A stretch of DNA of 64,000 bases from Schmidtea nova (Eukaryota). This document shows, piece after piece, positions 11,679-22,423 of the stretch; positions within the stretch are counted from its first letter, which is position 1, and each line of letters begins with the position of its first letter. The position numbers were made by a program, and so were the translations under genes. Below the pieces are notes generated by a model. It worked only from the letters and a program-made list of their open reading frames with translations, had not been told where the DNA came from and did not search any database. The DNA lies in contig CM097883.1 in NCBI GenBank assembly GCA_044892505.1, positions 170,252,001 to 170,316,000 of the forward strand, given 5' to 3'.

Positions 11679-13270
11679 AAAACTTGTTATAATGTTCATT
11701 TTTAATGTTTATTATTTGTAAAAGTGAATAATGAATGAAAAAGTATTGTTTATATATCAAAGTTATTACACACACATAACTTTTGACCAATAAAAATCGA
11801 GTAAGGGGTAGGAAATTTATTCTTATCAGCCAACAAGATTCGAGTAAGAGGCAGTACACGTGTTTTTGTAATAAAATACTGGATTTTTTCGACTATTTAG
11901 CATAGATTTATCGAATATTTATTGTAATCATGTGTAGATATAATTTAATTTCTATCATATACTAATTAAAATTATAAAAGTTTTGTGTGTGTTATTGACA
12001 ATTCTAATGTATTTTATCAAAATTAATTAAAATATTTTTTATAACTGACGTAAGTATTGAATTGTAATATAATTTAGACGTAATTTACTGAAATATTTAG
12101 TCTAATATATTTTAATCATATGACATGCATGCAATTCATTGAAATATTTTATAACTTTGATGTGTATTATAATTTGTTGAAATAACTTTTCTAGTTTTTT
12201 AAAATACTGCAACGTAATATATGATTAGTCATAATTCTCTATCTGATGATAATAATACCTTTACTGCCTCTTACTCGAATCTTGTTGGCTGATAAGAATA
12301 AATTTCCTACCCCTTACTCGATTTTTATTGGTCAAAGGTTATGTGTGTGTAATAACTTTGATATATAAACAATACTTTTTCATTCATTATTAAACAATAA
12401 TAAATTATAAAATAAATTTACCATTCTCTTTTCCACTTGGGTTTTCATTCATAAAACTTGTTATAATGTTCATTTTTAATGTTTATTATTTGTAAAAGTG
12501 AATAATGAATGAAAAAGTATTGTTTATATATCAAAGTTATTACACACACATAACCTTTGACCAATAAAAATCGAGTAAGGGGTAGGAAATTTATTCTTAT
12601 CAGCCAACAAGATTCGAGTAAGAGGCAGTAAAGGTATTATTATCATCAGATAGAGAATTATGACTAATCATATATTACGTTGCAGTATTTTAAAAAACTA
12701 GAAAAGTTATTTCAACAAATTATAATACACATCAAAGTTATAAAATATTTCAATGAATTGCATGCATGTCATATGATTAAAATATATTAGACTAAATATT
12801 TCAGTAAATTACGTCTAAATTATATTACAATTCAATACTTACGTCAGTTATAAAAAATATTTTAATTAATTTTGATAAAATACATTAGAATTGTCAATAA
12901 CACACACAAAACTTTTATAATTTTAATTAGTATATGATAGAAATTAAATTATATCTACACATGATTACAATAAATATTCGATAAATCTATGCTAAATAGT
13001 CGAAAAAATCCAGTATTTTATTACAAAAACACGTGTACTGCCTCTTACTCGAATCTTGTTGGCTGATAAGAATAAATTTCCTACCCCTTACTCGATTTTT
13101 ATTGGTCAAAAGTTATGTGTGTGTAATAACTTTGATATATAAACAATACTTTTTCATTCATTATTCACTTTTACAAATAATAAACATTAAAAATGAACAT
13201 TATAACAAGTTTTATGAATGAAAACCCAAGTGGAAAAGAGAATGGTAAATTTATTTTATAATTTATTATT
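11622..13270. promoter_or_regulatory. Palindrome centre with four copies of a ~130-140-bp putative pPolB promoter module
   Basis: Module with two TCGAGTAAG(G/A)GG(T/C)AG motifs and a TATATAAA-like box at ~11729-11866, 12262-12391 (inverted), 12501-12630 and ~13026-13163 (inverted). Symmetry axis at 12446. The 109-bp asymmetric loop 12392-12500 is largely a copy of 11622-11728. Confidence 0.6.
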
Positions 13271-13490
13271 ATTTAATATTAATTTAGGTATTATCAATAA
13301 TTCAATTGGGAAATCGATGTTAGAAAATGCGGAAGAAAATGGTACTTAATTATTAACGTAGTATATTATTTAATTTTTACTTTAGGTGATGTAAATATGA
13401 CTGAACAAACTACCGTACAAGCTGAGATTGTTAATAAGGAGAATATTATGAATAATGGAGTTATACCTGATGTGGTATTGAATGTTCAAT
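13214..13490 (+). CDS. Predicted 5' leader exons 1-3 of pPolB copy B (13214-13244, 13288-13341, 13386-13490)
   Basis: GT-AG introns of 43, 44 and 324 nt, all phase 1. Splicing to the AG at 13813-13814 gives an open frame into ATG 13871, adding 82 aa (MNENPSGKENG...VQCKFYANYC...). Confidence 0.6.
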
Positions 13491-13870
13491 GTAAGTATTG
13501 ATTAATTTTAATTATATTTTGATAATTATTTTAATTAATTTAGTAAATAAATATAGTAAAATATTTGTAAATATATATTTTTGGTAATATTTTGTAATAA
13601 TTTAAATAATCTTTACTTTACGTAAACAGTTAATTTAAACAAATTCCTTTAATATTATTTTGTAATAATTTTTATATTAAATTTAAATTATTTTAGTAAT
13701 TATTATATTTAAATCATATTTATCTTAAATTTCATATTTATTTTCTAATAATTCATATCTTTATTAATTTATTTTAATGATTTTTTGATAAATTTAAAGA
13801 TATTTCATATTAAGGTAAATTTTATGCGAATTATTGTAAGTCGTCAAATCATAACGATTGCCACAAATTA

Positions 13871-16800
13871 ATGGAGCGATACTATCGTATTATAAATAAC
13901 CAAGTCACCTTCTATTTGTGTCCCACATGTAAGAGCGCTCAACATATAAATTACATTGATTTTTATTTCCAACATTATCTCCATTTAAATCAATTCTCAT
14001 GCACTAAGAAAAGTCTTTTCGCATTAATTAATAAATGTAAACGACGAAATGTTACTGTTTGTCCTAAACCATCTAAAATAATTGTAATATCCGATGATGA
14101 AGATGTCCATTCATCAAATGACGATGTTTTAGTTATTCCTAATTTGCATGTTGTTCAATATGGCGGTTCTGTTGAACCTTTGGTTAAATATAATTTGAAA
14201 AAATCGCATGCCATTGTTAAAATGGATGTGGATTCTTTAAATTTAAATAAATTAATTATTCCTTCACCTTTATTAAATAAATTTAATTCAGTTATTTCCA
14301 AAATGGGGTATGTAAAAGTACAATTTTGTATTGATGTAGAATTTGAAAAGAATAAGCAATTTCAATCTTTTATAATATCAAATTCCGCAAAACCAATGAG
14401 TGATACCTTTTTAGATGAAGGTATTGCTCTATTAAGTGAAAAAATGACTAAAGTCTGTGAAAATGGCAGCAATTGGTTAATTAATAAAATTAAAGAAATA
14501 AGCTTTAAACTTACAAAATATTCACAGATAAGTAGATTGAGCGGTAAAGGTGCTTGTTCAACCCCACCATCATTAAATGCAAAGCATTGCACTGTCAATG
14601 TAAAAAATACAGATAAATTGTGTTTTATATATAGCATTTTGGCTATTTTAAAATACGATGATGTACATAGCAATCATCGACACAGAAATAGAGCAACTAA
14701 TTATAATCCCTCAGACCTTGTGTTTGATCCTTCTGATCTTCCTATGAAATTATGTAATATACCCAAATTTGAAGCGAAAAACCCTGGACTGTCTATAAAT
14801 GTCCTTTCATATGACGAGTATGATCTAAATAATATTAATGAGGAAGAGGAAGTCATGAAACATCCATTTGTAGATATTATTCATAGGTCAAAGGTTTTAG
14901 GTGGCACTCCAATTAATTTGATTTTGTTAGAGGAAAATGACTCTTTTCATTATATTGCAGTTACCAACATTAACAGACTTTTAAATTGTGAGACTCTTTC
15001 TGTTACTGATGTTCAAATAAGGTGCACGTGGTGCGAGCGTTGTTTGAATGGTTTTAGATTGACTGAAGCTTTTGAGAAACATCAGACTTTATGCATAAAA
15101 AACCAGTTAGGTACAACTTTATACACTTTACCTTCAGATAAGAACTTGGAATTTAAAGAGTGGTCAAAGATTGTTACCCCTCCTTTTGTTGTATATGCCG
15201 ATTTTGAGGCTGTTTTATCGAAGGACGATAAGTATTTTCAACGTCACTTACCTATTTCTGCTGGCTTGTTGCTTATTAATAACCTTACTGGCGAAAAATC
15301 GTATAAAAGCTTTTATGGTCTTAACTGTGTAGAAGAGTTTTTGACTGAAATCAATGATATAGGAGAAAAAGTAGTTTTACCTTACTTTATAAATAATTCC
15401 AAAAAGAAAATGGAATATCTTTCTCCTGCACAAATAAGATCATTTCGTAGTTCTATTATTTGTTATTTATGTAATAAACCTTTGAAAAATCCGGTTAAAG
15501 ATCATGACCATTATACAGGTAAATACTTGGGTGCAGCTTGCTCTAAATGTAATTTTTCTCGGCAAATAAGATTCATTATGCCTGTACTATTTCATAATTT
15601 ACGCGGATATGATTTGCATCATATTCTCAAGTATGGTTTAAATAAATTGGATAAATGGAATATAAGTTGTATTCCTACTACAAGTGAAAAGTTTTTGACT
15701 TTATATGCAAGAGTCGATAGTTTGACTATTAAATTTATCGATTCTTGCCAATTTGTAAGCTGTAGCTTAAACGATGCTGTAAAGACTTTAACAGATTTTC
15801 CTCTTACTTCATCCGAATTTATAGGGACTATTATTACTTCCAAAGGCATATTCCCATATAATTTTGCAACTTCTTTAGAGGTTTTACAAAATACATACGA
15901 GTTGCCACCGATTTGGGAAGGAGTTAAAATCGACGAGTATGAAAAAGCTCAACATATATGGGATGAATTTAATTGTGAAACATTGTTTGATTATATGATG
16001 TTATACCTGAAATTGGATGTTTTCTTACTTGCCGACTTTTTTCAGCAATTTAGGGCAAAATCCATTGCACATAACCGACTTGAGCCTCTTAATTTCTTGG
16101 GAATTCCAGGCATGTCATGGAATTCAGCTTTGATGACTTTGAAATCTCCTATCGAGTTGCTTCAAGATATGGAGATGTATAATTTTTTCGAAGGGGGGAT
16201 CCGTGGTGGGTTAACATTTGTTAACAAACACCATGTAGTATCCTCCGACGACATTGAGCTTCTTTATATAGATATAAATAATTTATATGGGTGGGCCTTA
16301 AGCCAAAAACTACCTTATAAAGAATTTAAATGGGTAACTGATAGGGAAAAATTAAATAAAATAATTTATTACTGTGAATCTGCTGATTTAGAAGTATTAA
16401 CATTTGGATTTACATTAGAAGTCGATTTAGAAATTCCTGATTCGATTCACGACAAGCTGGATGATTTGCCAGTTGCCGCTGAAAAGATGTGTCCACCTGG
16501 CTCAAAGGTTGAGAAGTTGATCCTTACGCATTATCCCAAGAAGAACTATGTTCTTCATTGGAGACTTCTCAAACTTTTTCTTTCTCTTGGAGTAAAAATA
16601 ACTCATGTCCATAGGGCAATTAAATTTAAACAAGCATGTATTTTTAAGGATTACATCGATACCAATACCAGACTTAGAGCAGAATCAAGTAATGCTCTGG
16701 GTAAAAATTATTATAAATTATTAAATAATAGTCTCTACGGTAAAACCGTAGAGAATCTTAAAAAGCGCATAAATTTAAGATTATGTAATTCGGCTTCTAG

Positions 16801-17578
16801 GCTGATTACATATACTTCTAAGCCAACTTTTAAAAGGACTTTCGAAATTGACGATGATTTGGTTGCCGTCTTGCTGAATCAGGAATCGGTGTGTTTGGAT
16901 AGACCCAGCTACATTGGTCAAACTGTACTGGATCTATCTAAACTTAGAATGTACCAGCTGCAGTATGAAGAGTTACAAAAATATCGTAACGAATTCAACT
17001 GCGAAATCAACATCGAAGCTGGTGACACCGATTCGTTTTTTCTTGAGATTAGAAATTGTAAGCTTGATATTCTTTTACCGGCCATGATAAGAGATAACTT
17101 ACTTGACACTTCTAATTATGATCCGAATCGCCCGTTATATAGTAGGAACCTTGATTCTGTCATTGGCAAGTTCAAAGACGAGAATAAAGGGCGTAAATAC
17201 GAGGAGTGGGTGTTTCTTAGACCTAAATGTTATAGTCTTTTAGGTGACGAGGAAACTAATAAAGCTAAAGGGGCAACATTAGCGGGTACTGACATAAAGC
17301 ATCAGTCGTACCTGGACTGTTTTAATAATAACCAAATATTTTCTGTTCCTCAAACCAGAATCACAAGTAAAAATCACCAACTTTTTACTATTAAAAATGA
17401 AAAGACTGCACTGACAAACGCAGACGATAAAAGGAAATGGGTTGCGAAAAATAAAAGCTTGGCATATGGCCATTTTATGGGAGGTGACTTGGTTAAATTT
17501 CAACATACCGAACCCAGAATCAATCCAGATCAACAATTCCAAGGTCAAACTGAAGAAGAAACAGTTTTATTTAAATAA
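13871..17578 (+). CDS. Protein-primed DNA polymerase B (Polinton/adintovirus type), copy B, full length
   Basis: Exo I YADFE, Exo II HNLRGYD, Exo III YLKLDV; Pol motifs YIDINNLYG, KLLNNSLYGK, AGDTDS; GSNW and NxDxxCF N-terminal motifs; endonuclease VII-like CxxC...DHDHxTGxxxGxACxxCN. Confidence 0.93.
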   Translation: MERYYRIINNQVTFYLCPTCKSAQHINYIDFYFQHYLHLNQFSCTKKSLFALINKCKRRNVTVCPKPSKIIVISDDEDVHSSNDDVLVIPNLHVVQYGGSVEPLVKYNLKKSHAIVKMDVDSLNLNKLIIPSPLLNKFNSVISKMGYVKVQFCIDVEFEKNKQFQSFIISNSAKPMSDTFLDEGIALLSEKMTKVCENGSNWLINKIKEISFKLTKYSQISRLSGKGACSTPPSLNAKHCTVNVKNTDKLCFIYSILAILKYDDVHSNHRHRNRATNYNPSDLVFDPSDLPMKLCNIPKFEAKNPGLSINVLSYDEYDLNNINEEEEVMKHPFVDIIHRSKVLGGTPINLILLEENDSFHYIAVTNINRLLNCETLSVTDVQIRCTWCERCLNGFRLTEAFEKHQTLCIKNQLGTTLYTLPSDKNLEFKEWSKIVTPPFVVYADFEAVLSKDDKYFQRHLPISAGLLLINNLTGEKSYKSFYGLNCVEEFLTEINDIGEKVVLPYFINNSKKKMEYLSPAQIRSFRSSIICYLCNKPLKNPVKDHDHYTGKYLGAACSKCNFSRQIRFIMPVLFHNLRGYDLHHILKYGLNKLDKWNISCIPTTSEKFLTLYARVDSLTIKFIDSCQFVSCSLNDAVKTLTDFPLTSSEFIGTIITSKGIFPYNFATSLEVLQNTYELPPIWEGVKIDEYEKAQHIWDEFNCETLFDYMMLYLKLDVFLLADFFQQFRAKSIAHNRLEPLNFLGIPGMSWNSALMTLKSPIELLQDMEMYNFFEGGIRGGLTFVNKHHVVSSDDIELLYIDINNLYGWALSQKLPYKEFKWVTDREKLNKIIYYCESADLEVLTFGFTLEVDLEIPDSIHDKLDDLPVAAEKMCPPGSKVEKLILTHYPKKNYVLHWRLLKLFLSLGVKITHVHRAIKFKQACIFKDYIDTNTRLRAESSNALGKNYYKLLNNSLYGKTVENLKKRINLRLCNSASRLITYTSKPTFKRTFEIDDDLVAVLLNQESVCLDRPSYIGQTVLDLSKLRMYQLQYEELQKYRNEFNCEINIEAGDTDSFFLEIRNCKLDILLPAMIRDNLLDTSNYDPNRPLYSRNLDSVIGKFKDENKGRKYEEWVFLRPKCYSLLGDEETNKAKGATLAGTDIKHQSYLDCFNNNQIFSVPQTRITSKNHQLFTIKNEKTALTNADDKRKWVAKNKSLAYGHFMGGDLVKFQHTEPRINPDQQFQGQTEEETVLFK

Positions 17579-17781
17579 AATTTTGTTGAAAAACTTTGTT
17601 TTTTCATTTATTTAGTTATATATTGTACAGATTAGTTTCAGTCTGTTTTTTAATTTGGGTAATAGTTTTTAGAAACTGTGGTTATGTCATAGAAATAATA
17701 GTAATATTAATAATAATACATAACACAACCAGCATGGCACTAATATAATTAACAACAAACAAGAATCCAAATATATATTTT

Positions 17782-17822
17782 GCACAATATATTTCGAGAA
17801 CTTAATTCTCTTCATCAGGTGC
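17782..17822 (-). ncRNA. Minimal type I hammerhead ribozyme, array copy 1
   Basis: GCAC-CUGAUGA-A-GAGAA(UUAAG)UUCUC-GAAA-UAUA-UU-GUGC. Confidence 0.85.
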
Positions 17823-17938
17823 TACCCAATCTTACATCGAAATATAAATCACATAAATCGATTTATTCGAACAAATTAGTATTAATTTTTAAAATAAAAT
17901 ATATATTTTAAATTTTATTATAGTCAAAAAATTTATAT

Positions 17939-18778
17939 CTATTTAAAAGTTTTTAATTTAAATAAATTAATCTTAGAAATATAATATTCTTTTATTTTTA
18001 TACAAAAAAATATTTTTTTTAAGAATATATTATAAATATTTTCATATTTATAAACAACAGAATGATTGAAAACGAAATCCATAATCCCCAATTGAAAATG
18101 CTCTAAAACTCGAGTACAGAAAAGACGGTCAGTCTTGTCCAAAGTATGTGGCATTACGCCCATGACATTTGAAAAATTAAACGAGTATAGAACACAAATC
18201 AAAAGAAGAAAATAAACACCATCAACAGCCACATCAGTTAATTTACTTAAACCGCAAAAAATGAGGCAAACACACGGACTCAAAACTCTCACACTCACAT
18301 ATTCACAAACAACGATATGACTGAAAACAACGCTAAATCCCATTAATTGACTTCGCTCTGAAACTCGAATACAGAGAAGACGGGCAGTCTTTTCCAATGT
18401 ATGTGGCATTTCACCCATGACGTTTGAAAATATAAACGAGAACAGAGCAAAGAACAATACAGAAAACTTAGAATCGCCAACAATCACATCAATTAATTCA
18501 TAAACAATAGAATAAGAGAAGGAATTAGCACAAGTGTAAACCTCATCATTAAATCGAAATACTAATTTGACAATATAAAACTCTATACATTTAGAATTAT
18601 AAAAATTAAATACAAACATTTTCCTAGACAAACTTTCACAGAATACCGGAACAACTGACGGATTATTATCTTTCTTTAATACATAACACAACCAGCATGG
18701 CACTAATATAATTAACAACAAACAAGAATCCAAATATATATTTTGCACAATATATTTCGAGAACTTAATTCTCTTCAT
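17939..18778 (-). CDS. 279-aa ORF of the 963-bp unit (Penelope-derived, hydrophobic and Cys-rich, function unknown)
   Basis: The ATG is the AUG of CUGAUGA. Partly in the ancestral GIY-YIG frame (TARLLCIRVSE, TDRLFCTRVLEH) and partly shifted. Confidence 0.4.
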   Translation of the reverse strand: MKRIKFSKYIVQNIYLDSCLLLIILVPCWLCYVLKKDNNPSVVPVFCESLSRKMFVFNFYNSKCIEFYIVKLVFRFNDEVYTCANSFSYSIVYELIDVIVGDSKFSVLFFALFSFIFSNVMGEMPHTLEKTARLLCIRVSERSQLMGFSVVFSHIVVCEYVSVRVLSPCVCLIFCGLSKLTDVAVDGVYFLLLICVLYSFNFSNVMGVMPHTLDKTDRLFCTRVLEHFQLGIMDFVFNHSVVYKYENIYNIFLKKIFFCIKIKEYYISKINLFKLKTFK

Positions 18779-18785
18779 CAGGTGC
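18745..18785 (-). ncRNA. Minimal type I hammerhead ribozyme, array copy 2
   Basis: Identical to copy 1, offset 963 bp. Confidence 0.85.
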
Positions 18786-18901
18786 TACCCAATCTTACAT
18801 CGAAATATAAATCACATAAATCGATTTATTCGAACAAATTAGTATTAATTTTTAAAATAAAATATATATTTTAAATTTTATTATAGTCAAAAAATTTATA
18901 T

Positions 18902-19741
18902 CTATTTAAAAGTTTTTAATTTAAATAAATTAATCTTAGAAATATAATATTCTTTTATTTTTATACAAAAAAATATTTTTTTTAAGAATATATTATAAAT
19001 ATTTTCATATTTATAAACAACAGAATGATTGAAAACGAAATCCATAATCCCCAATTGAAAATGCTCTAAAACTCGAGTACAGAAAAGACGGTCAGTCTTG
19101 TCCAAAGTATGTGGCATTACGCCCATGACATTTGAAAAATTAAACGAGTATAGAACACAAATCAAAAGAAGAAAATAAACACCATCAACAGCCACATCAG
19201 TTAATTTACTTAAACCGCAAAAAATGAGGCAAACACACGGACTCAAAACTCTCACACTCACATATTCACAAACAACGATATGACTGAAAACAACGCTAAA
19301 TCCCATTAATTGACTTCGCTCTGAAACTCGAATACAGAGAAGACGGGCAGTCTTTTCCAATGTATGTGGCATTTCACCCATGACGTTTGAAAATATAAAC
19401 GAGAACAGAGCAAAGAACAATACAGAAAACTTAGAATCGCCAACAATCACATCAATTAATTCATAAACAATAGAATAAGAGAAGGAATTAGCACAAGTGT
19501 AAACCTCATCATTAAATCGAAATACTAATTTGACAATATAAAACTCTATACATTTAGAATTATAAAAATTAAATACAAACATTTTCCTAGACAAACTTTC
19601 ACAGAATACCGGAACAACTGACGGATTATTATCTTTCTTTAATACATAACACAACCAGCATGGCACTAATATAATTAACAACAAACAAGAATCCAAATAT
19701 ATATTTTGCACAATATATTTCGAGAACTTAATTCTCTTCAT
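18902..19741 (-). CDS. 279-aa ORF of the 963-bp unit, identical second copy
   Basis: ORF track; identical translation. Confidence 0.4.
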   Translation of the reverse strand: MKRIKFSKYIVQNIYLDSCLLLIILVPCWLCYVLKKDNNPSVVPVFCESLSRKMFVFNFYNSKCIEFYIVKLVFRFNDEVYTCANSFSYSIVYELIDVIVGDSKFSVLFFALFSFIFSNVMGEMPHTLEKTARLLCIRVSERSQLMGFSVVFSHIVVCEYVSVRVLSPCVCLIFCGLSKLTDVAVDGVYFLLLICVLYSFNFSNVMGVMPHTLDKTDRLFCTRVLEHFQLGIMDFVFNHSVVYKYENIYNIFLKKIFFCIKIKEYYISKINLFKLKTFK

Positions 19742-19748
19742 CAGGTGC
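19708..19748 (-). ncRNA. Minimal type I hammerhead ribozyme, array copy 3
   Basis: Identical to copy 1, offset 1926 bp. Confidence 0.85.
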
Positions 19749-21393
19749 TACCCAATCTTACATCGAAATATAAATCACATAAATCGATTTATTCGAACAA
19801 ATTAGTATTAATTTTTAAAATAAAATATATATTTTAAATTTTATTATAGTCAAAAAATTTATATCTATTTAAAAGTTTTTAATTTAAATAAATTAATCTT
19901 AGAAATATAATATTCTTTTATTTTTATACAAAAAAATATTTTTTTTAAGAATATATTATAAATATTTTCATATTTATAAACAACAGAATGATTGAAAACG
20001 AAATCCATAATCCCCAATTGAAAATGCTCTAAAACTCGAGTACAGAAAAGACGGTCAGTCTTGTCCAAAGTATGTGGCATTACGCCCATGACATTTGAAA
20101 AGTTAAACGAGTATAGAACACAAATCAAAAGAAGAAAATAAACACCATCAACAGCCACATCAGTTAATTTACTTAAACCGCAAAAAATGAGGCAAACACA
20201 CGGACTCAAAACTCTCACACTCACATATTCACAAACAACGATATGACTGAAAACAACGCTAAATCCCATTAATTGACTTCGCTCTGAAACTCGAATACAG
20301 AGAAGACGGGCAGTCTTTTCCAATGTATGTGGCATTTCACCCATGACGTTTGAAAATATAAACGAGAACAGAGCAAAGAACAATACAGAAAACTTAGAAT
20401 CGCCAACAATCACATCAATTAATTCATAAACAATAGAATAAGAGAAGGAATTAGCACAAGTGTAAACCTCATCATTAAATTTTGTTGTTAAAATTTGTTG
20501 TTAATTATATTAGTGCCATGCTGGTTGTGTTATGTATTAAAGAAAGATAATAATCCGTCAGTTGTTCCGGTATTCTGTGAAAGTTTGTCTAGGAAAATGT
20601 TTGTATTTAATTTTTATAATTCTAAATGTATAGAGTTTTATATTGTCAAATTAGTATTTCGATTTAATGATGAGGTTTACACTTGTGCTAATTCCTTCTC
20701 TTATTCTATTGTTTATGAATTAATTGATGTGATTGTTGGCGATTCTAAGTTTTCTGTATTGTTCTTTGCTCTGTTCTCGTTTATATTTTCAAACGTCATG
20801 GGTGAAATGCCACATACATTGGAAAAGACTGCCCGTCTTCTCTGTATTCGAGTTTCAGAGCGAAGTCAATTAATGGGATTTAGCGTTGTTTTCAGTCATA
20901 TCGTTGTTTGTGAATATGTGAGTGTGAGAGTTTTGAGTCCGTGTGTTTGCCTCATTTTTTGCGGTTTAAGTAAATTAACTGATGTGGCTGTTGATGGTGT
21001 TTATTTTCTTCTTTTGATTTGTGTTCTATACTCGTTTAATTTTTCAAATGTCATGGGCGTAATGCCACATACTTTGGACAAGACTGACCGTCTTTTCTGT
21101 ACTCGAGTTTTAGAGCATTTTCAATTGGGGATTATGGATTTCGTTTTCAATCATTCTGTTGTTTATAAATATGAAAATATTTATAATATATTCTTAAAAA
21201 AAATATTTTTTTGTATAAAAATAAAAGAATATTATATTTCTAAGATTAATTTATTTAAATTAAAAACTTTTAAATAGATATAAATTTTTTGACTATAATA
21301 AAATTTAAAATATATATTTTATTTTAAAAATTAATACTAATTTGTTCGAATAAATCGATTTATGTGATTTATATTTCGATGTAAGATTGGGTA

Positions 21394-21434
21394 GCACCTG
21401 ATGAAGAGAATTAAGTTCTCGAAATATATTGTGC
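21394..21434 (+). ncRNA. Minimal type I hammerhead ribozyme, array copy 4
   Basis: Same motif on the plus strand; predicted cleavage between 21430 and 21431. Confidence 0.85.
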
Positions 21435-22180
21435 AAAATATATATTTGGATTCTTGTTTGTTGTTAATTATATTAGTGCCATGCTGGTTGTGTTATGTAT
21501 TAAAGAAAGATAATAATCCGTCAGTTGTTCCGGTATTCTGTGAAAGTTTGTCTAGGAAAATGTTTGTATTTAATTTTTATAATTCTAAATGTATAGAGTT
21601 TTATATTGTCAAATTAGTATTTCGATTTAATGATGAGGTTTACACTTGTGCTAATTCCTTCTCTTATTCTATTGTTTATGAATTAATTGATGTGATTGTT
21701 GGCGATTCTAAGTTTTCTGTATTGTTCTTTGCTCTGTTCTCGTTTATATTTTCAAACGTCATGGGTGAAATGCCACATACATTGGAAAAGACTGCCCGTC
21801 TTCTCTGTATTCGAGTTTCAGAGCGAAGTCAATTAATGGGATTTAGCGTTGTTTTCAGTCATATCGTTGTTTGTGAATATGTGAGTGTGAGAGTTTTGAG
21901 TCCGTGTGTTTGCCTCATTTTTTGCGGTTTAAGTAAATTAACTGATGTGGCTGTTGATGGTGTTTATTTTCTTCTTTTGATTTGTGTTCTATACTCGTTT
22001 AATTTTTCAAATGTCATGGGCGTAATGCCACATACTTTGGACAAGACTGACCGTCTTTTCTGTACTCGAGTTTTAGAGCATTTTCAATTGGGGATTATGG
22101 ATTTCGTTTTCAATCATTCTGTTGTTTATAAATATGAAAATATTTATAATATATTCTTAAAAAAAATATTTTTTGTATAA
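21401..22180 (+). CDS. 963-bp unit ORF, 259-aa variant
   Basis: One T lost from a homopolymer near 22170 truncates the C-terminus; this unit is 962 bp. Confidence 0.35.
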   Translation: MKRIKFSKYIVQNIYLDSCLLLIILVPCWLCYVLKKDNNPSVVPVFCESLSRKMFVFNFYNSKCIEFYIVKLVFRFNDEVYTCANSFSYSIVYELIDVIVGDSKFSVLFFALFSFIFSNVMGEMPHTLEKTARLLCIRVSERSQLMGFSVVFSHIVVCEYVSVRVLSPCVCLIFCGLSKLTDVAVDGVYFLLLICVLYSFNFSNVMGVMPHTLDKTDRLFCTRVLEHFQLGIMDFVFNHSVVYKYENIYNIFLKKIFFV

Positions 22181-22355
22181 AAATAAAAGAATATTATATT
22201 TCTAAGATTAATTTATTTAAATTAAAAACTTTTAAATAGATATAAATTTTTTGACTATAATAAAATTTAAAATATATATTTTATTTTAAAAATTAATACT
22301 AATTTGTTCGAATAAATCGATTTATGTGATTTATATTTCGATGTAAGATTGGGTA

Positions 22356-22396
22356 ACACCTGATGAAGAGAATTAAGTTCTCGAAATATATTGTGC
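22356..22396 (+). ncRNA. Minimal type I hammerhead ribozyme, array copy 5 (stem I G>A variant)
   Basis: ACAC instead of GCAC weakens stem I; the core is intact. Confidence 0.75.
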
Positions 22397-22423
22397 AAAA
22401 TATATATTTGGATTCTTGTTTGT

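Larger units (their letters stand above)
17719..22423. repeat. Inverted tandem array of a 963-bp Penelope-derived unit (~2.9 units one way, ~2 units the other)
   Basis: Unit starts at 17719, 18682, 19645; inversion junction at 20480-20494. Flanked by duplicated TATTAATAATAATA (17705-17718 and 22424-22437). Contains two decayed GIY-YIG segments resembling VYxFxCxGCxATYIGxTxR. Confidence 0.9.

Noticed and set aside
7345-17548. Short antisense ORFs within both pPolB copies (63-103 aa) and the 62-aa ORFs at 11671 and 13033
   Set aside because: Shadow frames with no motifs; they are duplicated only because of the palindrome.
17719-22423. 963-nt ribozyme-plus-ORF unit as an integrated Obelisk or delta-like agent
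   Set aside because: Recognisable Penelope GIY-YIG ancestry and PLE-type minimal hammerheads on one polarity only; no evident rod-like self-complementarity within the unit.
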